A DNA stretch of 64,000 nucleotides from Eledone cirrhosa (Eukaryota), in NCBI GenBank assembly GCA_964016885.1, contig OZ024747.1, forward strand, positions 18,910,001-18,974,000, given 5' to 3'. The notes below the pieces were generated by a model. The model searched no databases and was not told where the DNA came from. It was given only the letters and a program-made list of their open reading frames with translations. Below are positions 26,778 through 39,677 of this stretch, piece by piece. The position numbers were made by a program, and so were the translations under genes. Within the stretch, counting starts at the first letter, position 1; each line of letters opens with the position of its first letter.

Positions 26778-27154
26778 GGGAAACCTTAAAGAAATTTTTT
26801 TTTAATAAAAATACAAACGAAGGACACAGAACTCCAGGGTCATCGGCAGTTTCAATCCCTACCAACGGTACTGCTAGTACACCCGGGGTCACAGTGTCTG
26901 CCACTAGCCAAACGCTGTCCAATACACACACACAGAGTAAGTTCAAACGTTCTTGTAACCAAATGAAGAGAGCATTATTTTGTCCGACGTTCAGCCAATC
27001 CACTGCATCCACTCCATCAGGATTATCAATAAACCCTGACAGAAGAACCCCCCAAGAGAAGCCAACGACCAACAGGACATGGAGAGGAGATAGAACACAT
27101 CCAGGTTTTCTGTCTACAATAATACATATACTGTGTACCCACGGCCTTCTTAAG
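26778..27154 (+). CDS. Candidate internal exon, Ser/Thr-rich, unknown protein
   Basis: Non-repetitive and GC-elevated. The frame is open from 26777 to 27241 (ETLKKFFFNKNTNEGHRTPGSSAVSIPT...THGLLK), with possible acceptor tttttaag| and donor aag|gtgtgg. No recognised domain. Confidence 0.3.
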
Positions 27155-28776
27155 GTGTGGATTTTCGATATATATATAGTGTGTGTGTGTGTGTGTATGT
27201 GTGTGTCAGATAGACAGGGAAGGGAGATGGAATTCCATTAAGTACAAATTTGAATGAGAATGGAGAGGAAATGTGAAGAAAAGAAAGGAAAGAAAATATA
27301 GTCTCTATACAAGTGTTGTAAGAATGCGGCGGAAATTTAGCTCTAAACCAACGTTTTCTTTTGGGTTGTGTGTGTGAGAGAGAGAAATAGAGTGAGTGAG
27401 TGTGTGTGTGTGTGTGCGAGAGAGTTGTCTGTGTGTGTACGAGAGAGTGTGTGTGTGCGAGAGAGAAAGAGAAAGTGTGTGTGCGACAGAGGGAGAGAGA
27501 GAGAGTGGAAGGTGTATGTGTATTTGTGAGAGTATTTATCTTATTTTATAACTTTTTTATTTTCAATTTCTCGTTACTCACCAATTTGATTTCCGTTCAA
27601 TATTACAGTAATGTTTTTACATAGGGAAATGTAAAAGATAATAGTGAGCCTTATTGCTAATCCCAGTTTCGGTTCCCTATTACAATTATTTTATATAACC
27701 GCGTTACTGATTCAATTTCAAAAGTCAAACAATACCACCACCACCCCCTTTAATCCTTTTTTTTTTTTTTTACTATCCCTATAAACCTATAAAACAGACT
27801 CGCTCTGCCAGTCTGAGAAAAATCAATGATATTTTTCTGAATGGACGACATGAGAAGGATGTAATTGTTTTTGTTATTGTGGCTGCTAAACAGATTACAC
27901 ATAGCAGTAGCAACAGCTGTTATTACTGCTGCTGCAGCATCAATTAATAATGGTTAGTGTAATTATGATTGATGTCTTAGATGGTGAAAACACACAAGGG
28001 TTTGTCTCCTCAGATTTATGGAGAAAGTGTGAGGCGGGGAGGAAAGAAAAGAAAAGGGATAGATACGTGATGAAGTGATGGTCATGCCTTTCATAAGAGC
28101 ATTAGTGAGACATAAAATGAACAATGAAAATGGCTACCAGTAGGAATTGAAACTGGGTCGCGGAGTCCGCTTGCCCGAAGCTTCAATCATAATAGCAGCT
28201 AGTCTATAGTGGTGAGGTGGTTGCAGGAGTGGAGCGTTCGAGTGTCACTTGCAGCTGTCTGCTACAAAACCACACACAGACATACTCTTATATATATATG
28301 TATGAATTATGTATATATACATTACATACACACATATATATGTGGGGTGGGGTATGTATGTGTAAGTAAGATATATATATACATATATATATTACTCATA
28401 CACACACACACTATACAATTATCATATACAAGTGCAATAAAAAGATTATCGGAATATCGGTTTCTTATTTATATATGCGATATGAAATTTATGAGGAAAA
28501 TGAAATGTAGTGTTGTGGAGTTCATACCTTTCCCAAGAGCCTTGGTAATGAGAATGAAGTGAGACGATTTGAGCCGATAAGCGACATTGGATCGTAGGCT
28601 TTCGGCTTATTGAAAGATATTATACAACGTTAACAGGCGTATATATATATGTAATATCAAATTTAATCATAATTTTGAGTGTTTTATTACTTCACATGAA
28701 ATCGTGGCAATGTAATTTGTCAAGACAATTGTAATAATACCTCGACATACACACGCGCGTATGAGAATTATAGCAG

Positions 28777-28862
<86 letters not shown>

Positions 28863-30591
28863 TGTATGTATGTGTGTGTGTGTGTGTATGTGTGTAATAA
28901 TGACTCCTAATGTCTGTGTAATGATAATACCTTTACATATACACACATACACGTGAGAATGATAGGTGTATATCAATATTTATATATGTGTGTGTGTGTG
29001 TAATAATACATACACACGTGAGAATTGTAGGTGTATATATAGATATATGCGTGTGCGCGCACGTATTTCTATTTGTATGCGTGCGTGTGTATCATTTGAT
29101 CTGCATCTTCCTGTGCACGTGCATGTTTTTTCCGGTGATGCTGTGTTTATATCACTCCCGCTATATAGGCAGTATGCGTGTGTGCGCGCGCATTTCAGAA
29201 AGTTCACATCGATGTATGCATCTGTGAGTGCGTGTGTATGTGTTTCCGTGTGTGTGTGTGTGTTTATTTGTGAAAGGCCACCTTTAGTGAGAGTGTATTA
29301 GTGTACACATAGGTTTTAATGTCTGAGCTTGTGTAAGCATGTGTTTTATTGCGCGTGTTAGTGAATGTTTGAGCACGCGAGCAAGTTCGCGCGTTTGTGT
29401 CTGTGTGTGCCTGTGACATGACGACGGCGATCTGTCACTTGTTGGTTGCCAAGAAAGAAGAACAGGGCTTTAGAAAGTTGGTTGGTAGGAAGGAGAGAAA
29501 ATAAATCATGTACCTTTAATGTGAACGACTCCCGTTTCTACAGACAAATAGAGAAATGGATTTATATACAAACGCACACAAACAGATAGACAAATAGATA
29601 GATGTATATGAAAGAGATATACACGAAGATATAATGTTGGAATGTTGGTATAAATCAAACGCGAGAAAAGAGCGTTAAAAAGGGGAGGGGAATGTGCAAA
29701 TTTAAAGACAAAGAAAGGCGGAAAAAAAAGAGGGAGAAAAACCGATAGAGTAAGAACCAGAGGGATAGAAAGACATTCAGAATGCATGAGGAACCGAGAC
29801 AGAAAAAAGATAGACGGAAAATTAAGAGGAAAGACAGAGAATATAAGATTAAAAAGAGTTAAGAAAAAAAAACGGGTTGAGAGACGGACAGAAAAAGAAA
29901 GTATAGACGACAAAGAGAAAGGTAAAAAGATAGACTATAAAAGTGGAAGATTAATATGATCTAAGTGAAAATAAGAGAGAAAAAGTTGAGTGTGGAAATG
30001 GTTTATATGATACGAGAGAGAGAGAAAGAATCAGACAGTGATGAGAGAGAGGGTGATCGAATGTATAAAACGTGTTGTAAGCAAGAATGTTTGTTGTAAA
30101 TAAATGAATGGATTAATAATCGATGTTAGAAAATGTAGGCATTTTACCTGGTCCAGTCCAAGTGATAAATCCATACGGTAAGCAGACGAAATGAAAACCA
30201 GCTAGTATATATATATATGTATATATATTTATATTGGTGTGTGTATAAAAGCAAATCGGACGACACGCCGTTTCATATACAACGTAGTGGTGGTGACAAA
30301 CGAAATGGTTGGTGCGCCATACTTGCCTGTCATGTGACTACCAAGGCAACGTACTTGCTCGGGAATTACTTAGGCGACTCACTTCCACCCCGACTCCGCC
30401 CAGATCTCACAGTCTACAAACACACATACACACATACATAACTCGACCATGCACGGCAAGGCATATGGTTATGTCTCTCTCTCTATTTCCATAACTCTCT
30501 TAGTCACTTTCTTTCCCCCTCGGTATTTATATGTATATATATACATACAGACATAAACACGGTGCAAATATTGCATGTACATAGCCTTAAA

Positions 30592-30697
<106 letters not shown>

Positions 30698-30949
30698 ATG
30701 TAAATATATTTTTATACATATACACATGTACATATGTATACTTGTATATATATATATATACACACACGTGTGTGTTAATATATATTATGTATGCGTATGC
30801 TTGTATATATTTTTGTGTTCCACCTGATGGACAGTGGTTATGCTGGAGCACCGTCGTGTGTATGTGTGTGTGTATCTTCTGACTGCTCCTTCTCAGCCTC
30901 TCTATCTCTATCTCTCATATATCTATATATATATGTGTGTGTGTGTGTA

Positions 30950-31030
<81 letters not shown>

Positions 31031-31314
31031 TGTATTTATCAGACTGCGTCTGATGAAAAATCGATACCGGAGTCGAAATTGATTTTAATCGATGAAGGCT
31101 CCAATTTGGTCGTTTGCGAAACACGTGTTACGCGTGATTGCCAATAAAATAGGTTAAACTGAAACTTCGATAGTTTATTCTTAATATAAACACTACATAT
31201 TATTACACCAATAACAAACAGATATCGGTGTTAATACACAGTTTTAACACTGAGTATCTAATTCACGTAAAAACAGGTGCCACCTATAGTAATATATTAT
31301 TACTCACCAACAGG

Positions 31315-31359
<45 letters not shown>

Positions 31360-31406
31360 AAATTATAAAAATAGACAAAGAAGCCTTCAATACATCAAAA
31401 GTCTTT

Positions 31407-31452
31407 ATTAGCCTACAATGTTTCGTCCCATTAAGGACTCATCAGGGCAATT
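31407..31452 (-). ncRNA. Canonical minimal hammerhead ribozyme motif
   Basis: Minus strand attGCC-CTGATGA-GTCC(ttaatg)GGAC-GAAA-CattG-TA-GGCtaat, inside a (TA)n-flanked cassette at 31355-31690. Confidence 0.85.
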
Positions 31453-31688
31453 AAACAGATAAGAAGCATTAACGGCCAGAACTAGCCAAAACTCAGAAGA
31501 ATAGTGAATTCATATCTATGAAAGCTTATGAGAGATATGAAGGAAAAGCATGCAAGCTGAAAGTTACAAAAATAGATTATATATTTTTCGGCTCTGTTGT
31601 ATTACATTGAGCTATATCCTATACTGTCATTTTCATTTCTATAATATGACGGGTGTGTTTTACTCCAAAACACTCTAGTATTTTAATT

Positions 31689-31725
<37 letters not shown>

Positions 31726-31840
31726 AATAATGAATTATAGGCTTTGTTGATAAGTATTCAACAAAATCACATGCCCATTTTAAGTTGACCGCATGAGGTC
31801 TATTTTAAGGGTATGTCACTATCTTATACATCAAATATTA

Positions 31841-31900
31841 TATTTTATCTGATGAAAGCATACTATAAATTAGTATCCTTGAAATATATATAATGAAATA
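31841..31900 (+). ncRNA. Type I minimal hammerhead ribozyme motif
   Basis: TATTTTAT-CTGATGA-aagcatacta(taaat)tagtatcctt-GAAA-TATATA-TA-ATGAAATA. Same architecture as 4189-4251 but with a different stem II sequence. Confidence 0.85.
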
Positions 31901-31945
31901 AATTATGATGCTATAGAGATATATTTCCATTTATTACTATTATTA

Positions 31946-31997
<52 letters not shown>

Positions 31998-32149
31998 CAC
32001 ACAGTATATATATGTATAAAGTGGCTTTCTTATTCAATCATCTTACCAGAAGCCTGACATTATTTATGTAAGCGGACGGTACTTGATTTAGGAGCCGCAG
32101 AAACCCAAAGACTGGATTTTACCAACCTTCCAGGGGTCCGGGTAAATTT

Positions 32150-32340
32150 TCAATACCCGAATTACTTGATCGTTTGTTTTTTTTGGCTATGCGAATGATT
32201 GTTTAACCATCGTCTCAGTGTGTTTGGCGTTTAACGTTTGTTATAGCTCTGGTTCATCTGAACCATTGAGCACTTGCCTCACATCTCGGAAGTTGTTTTT
32301 CGTTATTTCGTGGGCCGAAATGCGAATCTCGATAATTTAT
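32150..32340 (-). repeat. Dispersed repeat family D abutting (TA)n
   Basis: aaattatcgag(a/g)ttcg...ttcggcccacgaaataacgaaa...ccagagctataac also at 40581-40760(+) and 42181-42280(+). The same end always lies at or next to (TA)n. Confidence 0.7.
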
Positions 32341-32343
32341 GTT

Positions 32344-32387
<44 letters not shown>

Positions 32388-32632
32388 TATATGCACTCAC
32401 GTATACAGACAGACATACGAGAAAAGTCATCAAGGAAAAGCAACAGGGGAGAGAAATTCAATACAACGAAAGTATATTAGTTTAACACTTGGTATAGTTG
32501 CAAACTACCGAGACTAACGTTTCAGACGCTCGTTGTTCCTCAAAAATTAGAGGGGAGTAGAGGGCAGAAAAAGCACGTGTTGCTTTCAGTCAGCCCATAT
32601 ATATATTTATATGTATACATACACATACAACT

Positions 32633-32711
<79 letters not shown>

Positions 32712-32945
32712 GCACACACGCCTGCAGACACCCACACAAACGCCGTCCATGCGTAATACAGCCACCACCCTCTACTACATTAATTGGTTTTTCAACTTTG
32801 CTTTGATGTTTCTTATACAACACCTTACGTATATGTACCCTTTCGCTTTATGTTCAATAGTGCTTCACATCTCACTCTTTCATTATCTTTCCCCCACATA
32901 CACATACACACACGCATATATGTGTGTGCACATATACATTTATAC

Positions 32946-33029
<84 letters not shown>

Positions 33030-33210
33030 TATATATACATACATACATGATGATGGCTGCCCGCTCGTTATCGAGTATGGCCATTGCACGAGGAGAAAAA
33101 AAAAAAAAATTAATAAATAAAAAAGAAAATTAAAAAAAATACATACATACATACATACATACATACATACATACATACATACATACATACATACATACAT
33201 ACATACATAC

Positions 33211-33820
33211 ATGGTGGCTGCCAACTCGTTTTCGAGTACGGCCTCTACTTTATATCCATGTAGGTGAACCCCTACCGATGCGCTGGACGAGTGTGACTTT
33301 TTAGTCCAGCCAGCGACTTGAAAACTCTGGTACAAATACTAGACCTGTGACAATTATTCACACATAGTGCTGGGCCCATGGTACCATGTGACAACAAGTG
33401 CAGAGAGATCTCCAGATATAAAGCAATGCCTGTGCCGTGAAGCTTTTATAGTAAGCATAGGTACTGCACAAAGCCAGTCCCACTCTCTTAACCAAGATGA
33501 TATTTACCAAAAAGAAGAACAAGTCAACATCATTGGATACCATCAGGGTCGCAGGTGTTATATCAGAGTTTTCCTTCTCCTAGAATTCTGCCTTGACAAA
33601 GGCTAAGGGGTCATCTCTCCCTGTGATTTTGGATGGCCATTGACTCTTAAGAGCTCCTTTGCTCTTTGACAGGTTTTGTTTTTAGTCCTGCAGGATGTCC
33701 AAAGTCACCCTCCTCACCAAGAAACCTTGGTGGGGTTGCCAGTTTAGTCGCCAACGACCCGACCATGAGACAGGTTGTACTGGGATACATGTTACCAGTA
33801 GCACCAAGTGGTGACCTGAC
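33211..33820 (-). mobile_element. ~610-bp non-autonomous retroelement (RTE-like) in (TACA)n
   Basis: Near-identical copy at 60534-61140 and an older copy at ~34230-34755 with a (CAT)n 3' tail. Contains ctaggagaaggaaaactctga, a motif I recall from RTE-clade 5' UTRs. Confidence 0.7.
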
Positions 33821-33893
33821 ATACATACATACATACATACATACATACATACATACATACATACATACATACATACATACATACATACATACA

Positions 33894-34160
33894 TACACCT
33901 TTAGCTTCATACCCATCATTATTGGAGCTACGGGTTATATACCAACCCGCTTGGACCAAAGTATGACTGAACTTGGATTTGCGGACAAAAAGCGCAGCTC
34001 CCTAATTCATAGTCTACAAATGGCTGCGATAGCTGGCACCTTCAAAATTTGCAAAACATTCTTGCGATTCAAGGGATGACAATTTCTTTTCTTTTACAAC
34101 CTTGCCACCAGGAAGGTGGCCGGTCAAAAAAAATATACTCGAAATTAAGAGAAAGAGATA
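33894..34160 (+). mobile_element. 5'-truncated R4/Dong-type (RLE) non-LTR retrotransposon 3' end
   Basis: Frame to stop 34079 reads [15 protein letters not shown]...LGF...LIHSLQMAAIAGTFKICKTFL, the R4-clade C-terminal PIIIGALG...LQKAAILGT motif. It sits in (TACA)n. Confidence 0.75.
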
Positions 34161-34198
34161 ACATACATACACATATACATATATATACGTGCACATAT

Positions 34199-34231
<33 letters not shown>

Positions 34232-34789
34232 GCTGCAACTCGATTTCGAGTAATGCTATCGCTTGATACTTAATCATGAGTATCACGGACGTGGCTTTTT
34301 AATCCTGCTAGGAACCCACCTATGGCCAGCAATGCTATGCATCGTAAAAAAAATGTCATATATCAAGCGATGCGTGTGCTTGAAGGTTTTTTTTAATTGA
34401 GGAAAGGCTTTGCACGAGGTCAATCTCACTCACTGAACAACGAATGCATTTACCCCAAAAGTAGAACTAGTCTACTTCATTGGATGCAAACGAAGTCGCA
34501 GGTTTTATATCAGAGTGACCTTTTCCTAGAGAGATGTTTTAATGAAGACTAGGAGTCTCTCGCTCCACACAAAAAAAATACTATATTGAATGACCGCTGA
34601 CTCTCTTGAGTTCCTTTGACGAGTTTTATTTTTCATTCCGCAAGATGTCCAAAATCACCCTCCTCACCAAGCAAGCTTGGTGGGGTTGCCGGTTTAGTTG
34701 CCGTCGACCGGACCATGCACAGGTACTACTGCTGTTACATGTTACCAGTAGTGCAGAAGAGCGAGTTTGTCGTTTCAAGTGTCCATATA

Positions 34790-35015
34790 CAATGTTCTCG
34801 GTGAAATGGTATATGTGTTATTTTCATTTTGCTGCAGTATTGAAGAGACTTTCTAGTGTTCCTGGGAGAGAGATCTATGACAGCGTGTATTTCATGTATC
34901 TCTTCAAGTTTACCGGCTATCGTAATAGACTAGATATATAGACTGTCCACATGCTCACTAATATTGAAATTTCCAATAGCTCACATCGGCTTCACCAGTT
35001 CAGAAGACCAAATAT
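34790..35015 (-). pseudogene. Decayed LINE AP-endonuclease N-terminus
   Basis: Minus strand reads AIGNFNI...TIAGKLEEIHE..., similar to the IGTxNVRTL...GKL...DI..LQETR region. It has stops and frameshifts. Confidence 0.45.
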
Positions 35016-35519
35016 ATATGTAAATCGAATCAGAAATAAGGCCAGCTGAGCCAGTAGCCATGAGACTTCCTAGTTATTTCATTATGTTAGATTTAAGTAC
35101 ATCATGTACACCGCATGTACATGTAATTAATCTATTCATAAATCATATAAATATTTAATGAGTAGATTGAAATTCTATGACGTCAAATAGAGGTAAAGAC
35201 AACAACAAAAAAAAACCCAGAAAATCGTAAAATAAGAAAAATTATGAAATATGTAAAAATTATTTTGAAATAGTAGTCAGAAATACAGATATTTTACAAA
35301 AGAAAAAAAATTGAAGTTGAAGTCTATAAGAAATATTTTTAACTAGAAAAAAATTTGAAGAAAAACCTCAAAATTTTGAGAAATCAAACAAAAGTCATAA
35401 AATGAGAAACAAATACATCATATATGTTTTGTTTTAATGTTATGTCTTGAATACAATTCTCCTTAAAATGCTTGAATGCATTGAGTATATTAACCTCATT
35501 AACTCTCGAAGTGCTGGGA

Positions 35520-36583
35520 CTGTTTGAAATTTGACAACAGAAAAGAGGACTGAAGTTCCTCTTTTTTCCACTCTAGACTCTACCCAATTTTCTCAACTAT
35601 TATCAGTAGTGATCGACTGTTATTACTGTTATTTTCGGAATTTGGGACTCTCACATTTTCTAATTGAGTATATTATTTCTTCATGAAGCCCTATGACTTG
35701 TATTTTCCAAAAATGTCCACATTTATTTCCCTTTTGTTTTCATACCAGATTTATGTCACGGTCTGTAACATAACTTTGGTCTGTGAGAGACGTCTTTTCC
35801 CCCAGAACATAGTACTCCTCCATATAGTAGATGATTTGGAATTCTTTCATCTTCCATACGAATTATATAGCCTGCTCACCTCCGCCTGATATGTTTATAT
35901 GTTGCAAAAGAAAACTTCTGTTCTTATATTAGCAAACTAAAAAAAAAAAAAAGCTTAACATCACTCATATAGTTACTACAAAGATATATGCAAAATTTGT
36001 CGAAGACCCTTTTGCTGAAAACTCTCCAACTGCTTAACATGTTCTAAATATAATGTCCATATTTCGCAACCATACAACAAAAGAGGTAAAAGGCATGTTT
36101 TAAGAAAATATATTTTAGTGTCATATTTCTAGGAATCGTTCAAACTATACTGAAAATTGTAATTTTCTAACAGATATCCATATATTCTTAATATTATTCA
36201 CAGTTTCATCATCAAGATTTACATCCCTGTTCAACATGTTGGCAAAATATTTGATGAAAAATAGGTTTTTCTAAATTTTACCATACACCAAGGACCGGCG
36301 CTACCATTATGGCCCACTGGATAGTCGCCTACGGCGCAGACCTCATATCATAGAGGTGTATTACTGAACCCTAAAGGATCACAGCTTTATACAAATTTGT
36401 ATAATTAAATTATATAATAATTCCTTGCAATCAATAAATAAATCACTAACATCTTTGTCGCGTAGCGGTGCTGTGAACATATCCAAAGCGGTGGAGAGGG
36501 TCGTATGGTGTTATGACCCGGCAAATGATTTGGCGTGGATAAGTGTCGGTTGTGTAGTAGAAAACGCAGGCTTAGTAATTTTC

Positions 36584-36662
<79 letters not shown>

Positions 36663-37800
36663 ATATGCAGACATTTATATGTATGAGTATATAAATATAA
36701 ACGCGCAAACACAGACACACTTACAAAAATACACACTCACAGACATACATTTACACAAAGACACACACACATACATTTAAACAAATACACACACATACAT
36801 TCACACAAACACACACATACATTTACACAAACACACACATACACATACACTCACACACAGCGTAACAAATGAAACGCCAGCCGCTGTTTTGCTATAGTTT
36901 TTTACCATCTCCTTCCTTCCTTTTACACACACATACATTTACACAAACACACACATTGGGTTATGGACGGACGGAAGTCGCTCAAATTTATATATGGATG
37001 TGGTCAGACCATGATGTGTCAAAAACTAGGCTCATCAGCTTACAAAACTGTAAGTCGAAATTATTTTATTTCAGAGAATAGGGCACGCATAACTGGGAAG
37101 AATAGGTCATTGTTGAGCTAGTCTATGAGTCATAGTGCCGGATTTTCCATTGTACTTAGGTGTGCTTGGCCAGGGGGTGGGGGCATCTTCCTGCCCAAAA
37201 AAAAAAGTTTACGATGAATTTTTCAAATGTTTGGGGCCTCATAACTTAACTAGTACAAGGCCTCATTTGTCATAAATCCGGCGGCACTGCCTCTGACGCT
37301 AAACAGCCAGGTGCTAACCCAGCATGTACCGTTATTTTAGGTTTCACTCGATGCATTGCAGCACAGGGCACATAAGAAAAAAACCCAACGGTTATATCAA
37401 GATTCAGATTCATTGTGAGGCCTAACATGTAACATTACCAATGAAATCTTATTCATAAAGGCTTGAAGACCTTATTCATCATCTGCGACAGTATCAGAGT
37501 CATCAGCATTCAAGAAGTTTCTTATCACAGAAATAGAAGTGTGTGATTTAGAGTTAAGCTGCCTGAGATTGAATAACTTAGTTGTGGTGGATGGAGAAAG
37601 GAGGGGGGGATTAGGAGAGGGGGGTAGAAGGAGAGGGGGGATAGACAGAAAGAGAGAGATGGAGAGAGAGAGGGGAATAGTGAGTGAGAGAGGCGGATAG
37701 AGAGTGAGTGAGATAAAGAGGGGGATATAGAGTGAGTGAGAGAAAGAGAGAGAGGGGGAGAAAGGGGCGGAGAGAGAAGGGGGAGAAAGAGAGGGAAAGA

Positions 37801-37844
<44 letters not shown>

Positions 37845-37922
37845 GAAATACCGACAGAGCTGTCTTGGAAAGCGATTGTAAAATATAATCGTAAAATATT
37901 TGGCAAATAAAGTAAGAATAGT
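35520..37922 (-). pseudogene. Old RTE-clade LINE reverse transcriptase, fragmented by insertions
   Basis: Colinear minus-strand pieces: TLFAKYF..IAFQDSSVGI (37842-37922); KLFNLRQL...IRNFLNADD...GLQAFM (37380-37590); KYFANMLNRDVNLDDE...LPLLLYGCEIWTLY...LESFQQKGLRQIL (35960-36260); AGYIIRMEDERIPNHLLYG (35800-35890). Confidence 0.85.
37133..37289. mobile_element. hAT-type MITE (same family as 19035-19202)
   Basis: agtgccggattt...aaatccggcggcactg ends and shared internal sequence. Confidence 0.75.
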
Positions 37923-38334
37923 GTGTATATACATATGTGTGTGTGTGTGTGTGTGTGTAGAAATAGTTATACATACATACATATAAACATGCACACATAC
38001 ATGTATACGTGCATGTACGCATACACGCGCGCACACGCATTCATGCACAGATGTATACAATGCATATTTCATGCATATATACACACACACACACACACAC
38101 ACATTTTCATACACACATTTTCATACATACACGCATACACACATTTCCATACACACATTTCCATACACACATGTACATACACACCAGCACACACATACAT
38201 AAACGCACAGGTACATACACGCAAACACACACATACATACATACATACATACATACATACATACATACATACATACATACATACATACACATACACACAT
38301 ACACATACATACATACATACACATACTCACATAC

Positions 38335-38383
<49 letters not shown>

Positions 38384-38811
38384 TAATACATACATACACA
38401 CATACATACACACATACATACACACATACACACAAGCATGTGTATGTGTGTAAGTGTGAGAATCAGTACATACCCTGTATTTCCTTTGTTTAATTCTAGC
38501 TTTCACGATATCATTTCTTCCGCCCTATTTCCTTTATCTTTGCCTCTATTATCAGCTATCTTTTTTTACTTATACGATATACATATTACATATGACATAA
38601 CATATTAAAGGAATCTTACAGTATCTTGTGCCAGCTCGCTTCTTATATAGCCCTACATAAATCTATCTAGCCTTATCTTAGAGAGGAGAAAAAGTGAGAA
38701 TCCCTTGAGTTTGTGGGGGGGGGGGGGGGAGATTGGAGAGAGAATGAAAGAGGAGGAGGGGTTGTTTCGTTTATGTAAAGGAATCATAAGGTGAAGGTAT
38801 ACATATATATA

Positions 38812-38850
<39 letters not shown>

Positions 38851-38989
38851 ATAGACACTAAAAAACGGCTTTCCGAAGTGGAACGGAAGAGAGCCCCCTG
38901 GTAAATAAAGTACTCAATGACTTCCATGGGATTAGAACGGCTCCATTCGTTTCAAATCATCAAACGAATGAAACAGTTTTCAACCTGTA

Positions 38990-39063
<74 letters not shown>

Positions 39064-39165
39064 AAATATATATATGTATAATTCTAATTTAAAAGATACT
39101 TTTGGAGAGAGAGAGAGAGAAAATAATATCATTTGAGAAACACATGATATTTCGTACACGGATAT

Positions 39166-39677
39166 CTATCTATCTATCTAGGGCGGGTAAAATTCCCGAG
39201 ATCCATGGACGAGTTCTGTCCAGCGGTCTCTGTCCCTCATTATCGCTGCCATAGTTACGTCCCTTTACGATCTGAGTTCAAATCCCGCCGAGATTAACTT
39301 TGCCTTTCATCCTTACGCGGTCGATAAAATAAAGTACCAGTAATGTACTGGTAAATTACTGGCCTTGTGCCAAAAGTAGAAACAATTATCGCTGCCATGT
39401 CCTGCGTCTCCAACAGACCAGTGTCTGTCCTTAGGGCATCAACATACGTTAACCTTGGTCTTCCTCTTCCAGTGTGTCCATGTAGGGGCTCCCACAGGAG
39501 CACTGAGTGCAGTGTCAACTCTGAATGTTGGTGAGCATGTCCAGCTAACCTCAGTCTCCTCTGTGTCACTTTTGAGCTGACTTTTGGGAAGCTCCCATAC
39601 AGCTCTGAATTTTTCATCCTCAGTGTATACTGATTAATGTTCAGAGCCATCCTCAGCATTCTCGTGTAGCACCCATC
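39166..39677 (-). mobile_element. Young 5'-truncated RTE/RTE-X LINE 3' end with TSD, interrupted by a SINE
   Basis: VDGCYTRMLRMALN...RRLRLAGH...LLWEPLHG..GRGRPRLTYVDAL...MAAIMRDRDRWTELV...stop, then a (TAGA)n tail. TSD cacggatat at 39157-39165 and 39678-39686. Confidence 0.9.
39253..39384 (+). mobile_element. 5'-truncated SINE family A with 14-bp TSD
   Basis: TSD attatcgctgccat at 39239-39252 and 39385-39398. Confidence 0.9.

Noticed and set aside
28560-28630. Hairpin followed by GAAA-gatat-TA
   Set aside because: No CUGANGA and no stem I; at most a very decayed hammerhead.
31045-31090. CTGATGA...GAAA in the repeat shared with ~42480-42760
   Set aside because: No stem I or II pairing, and the core is not conserved in the sister copy.
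32505-32548. Minus-strand TTGAGGA...GAAAC..GTC
   Set aside because: Core C is mutated and stems I and II do not pair.
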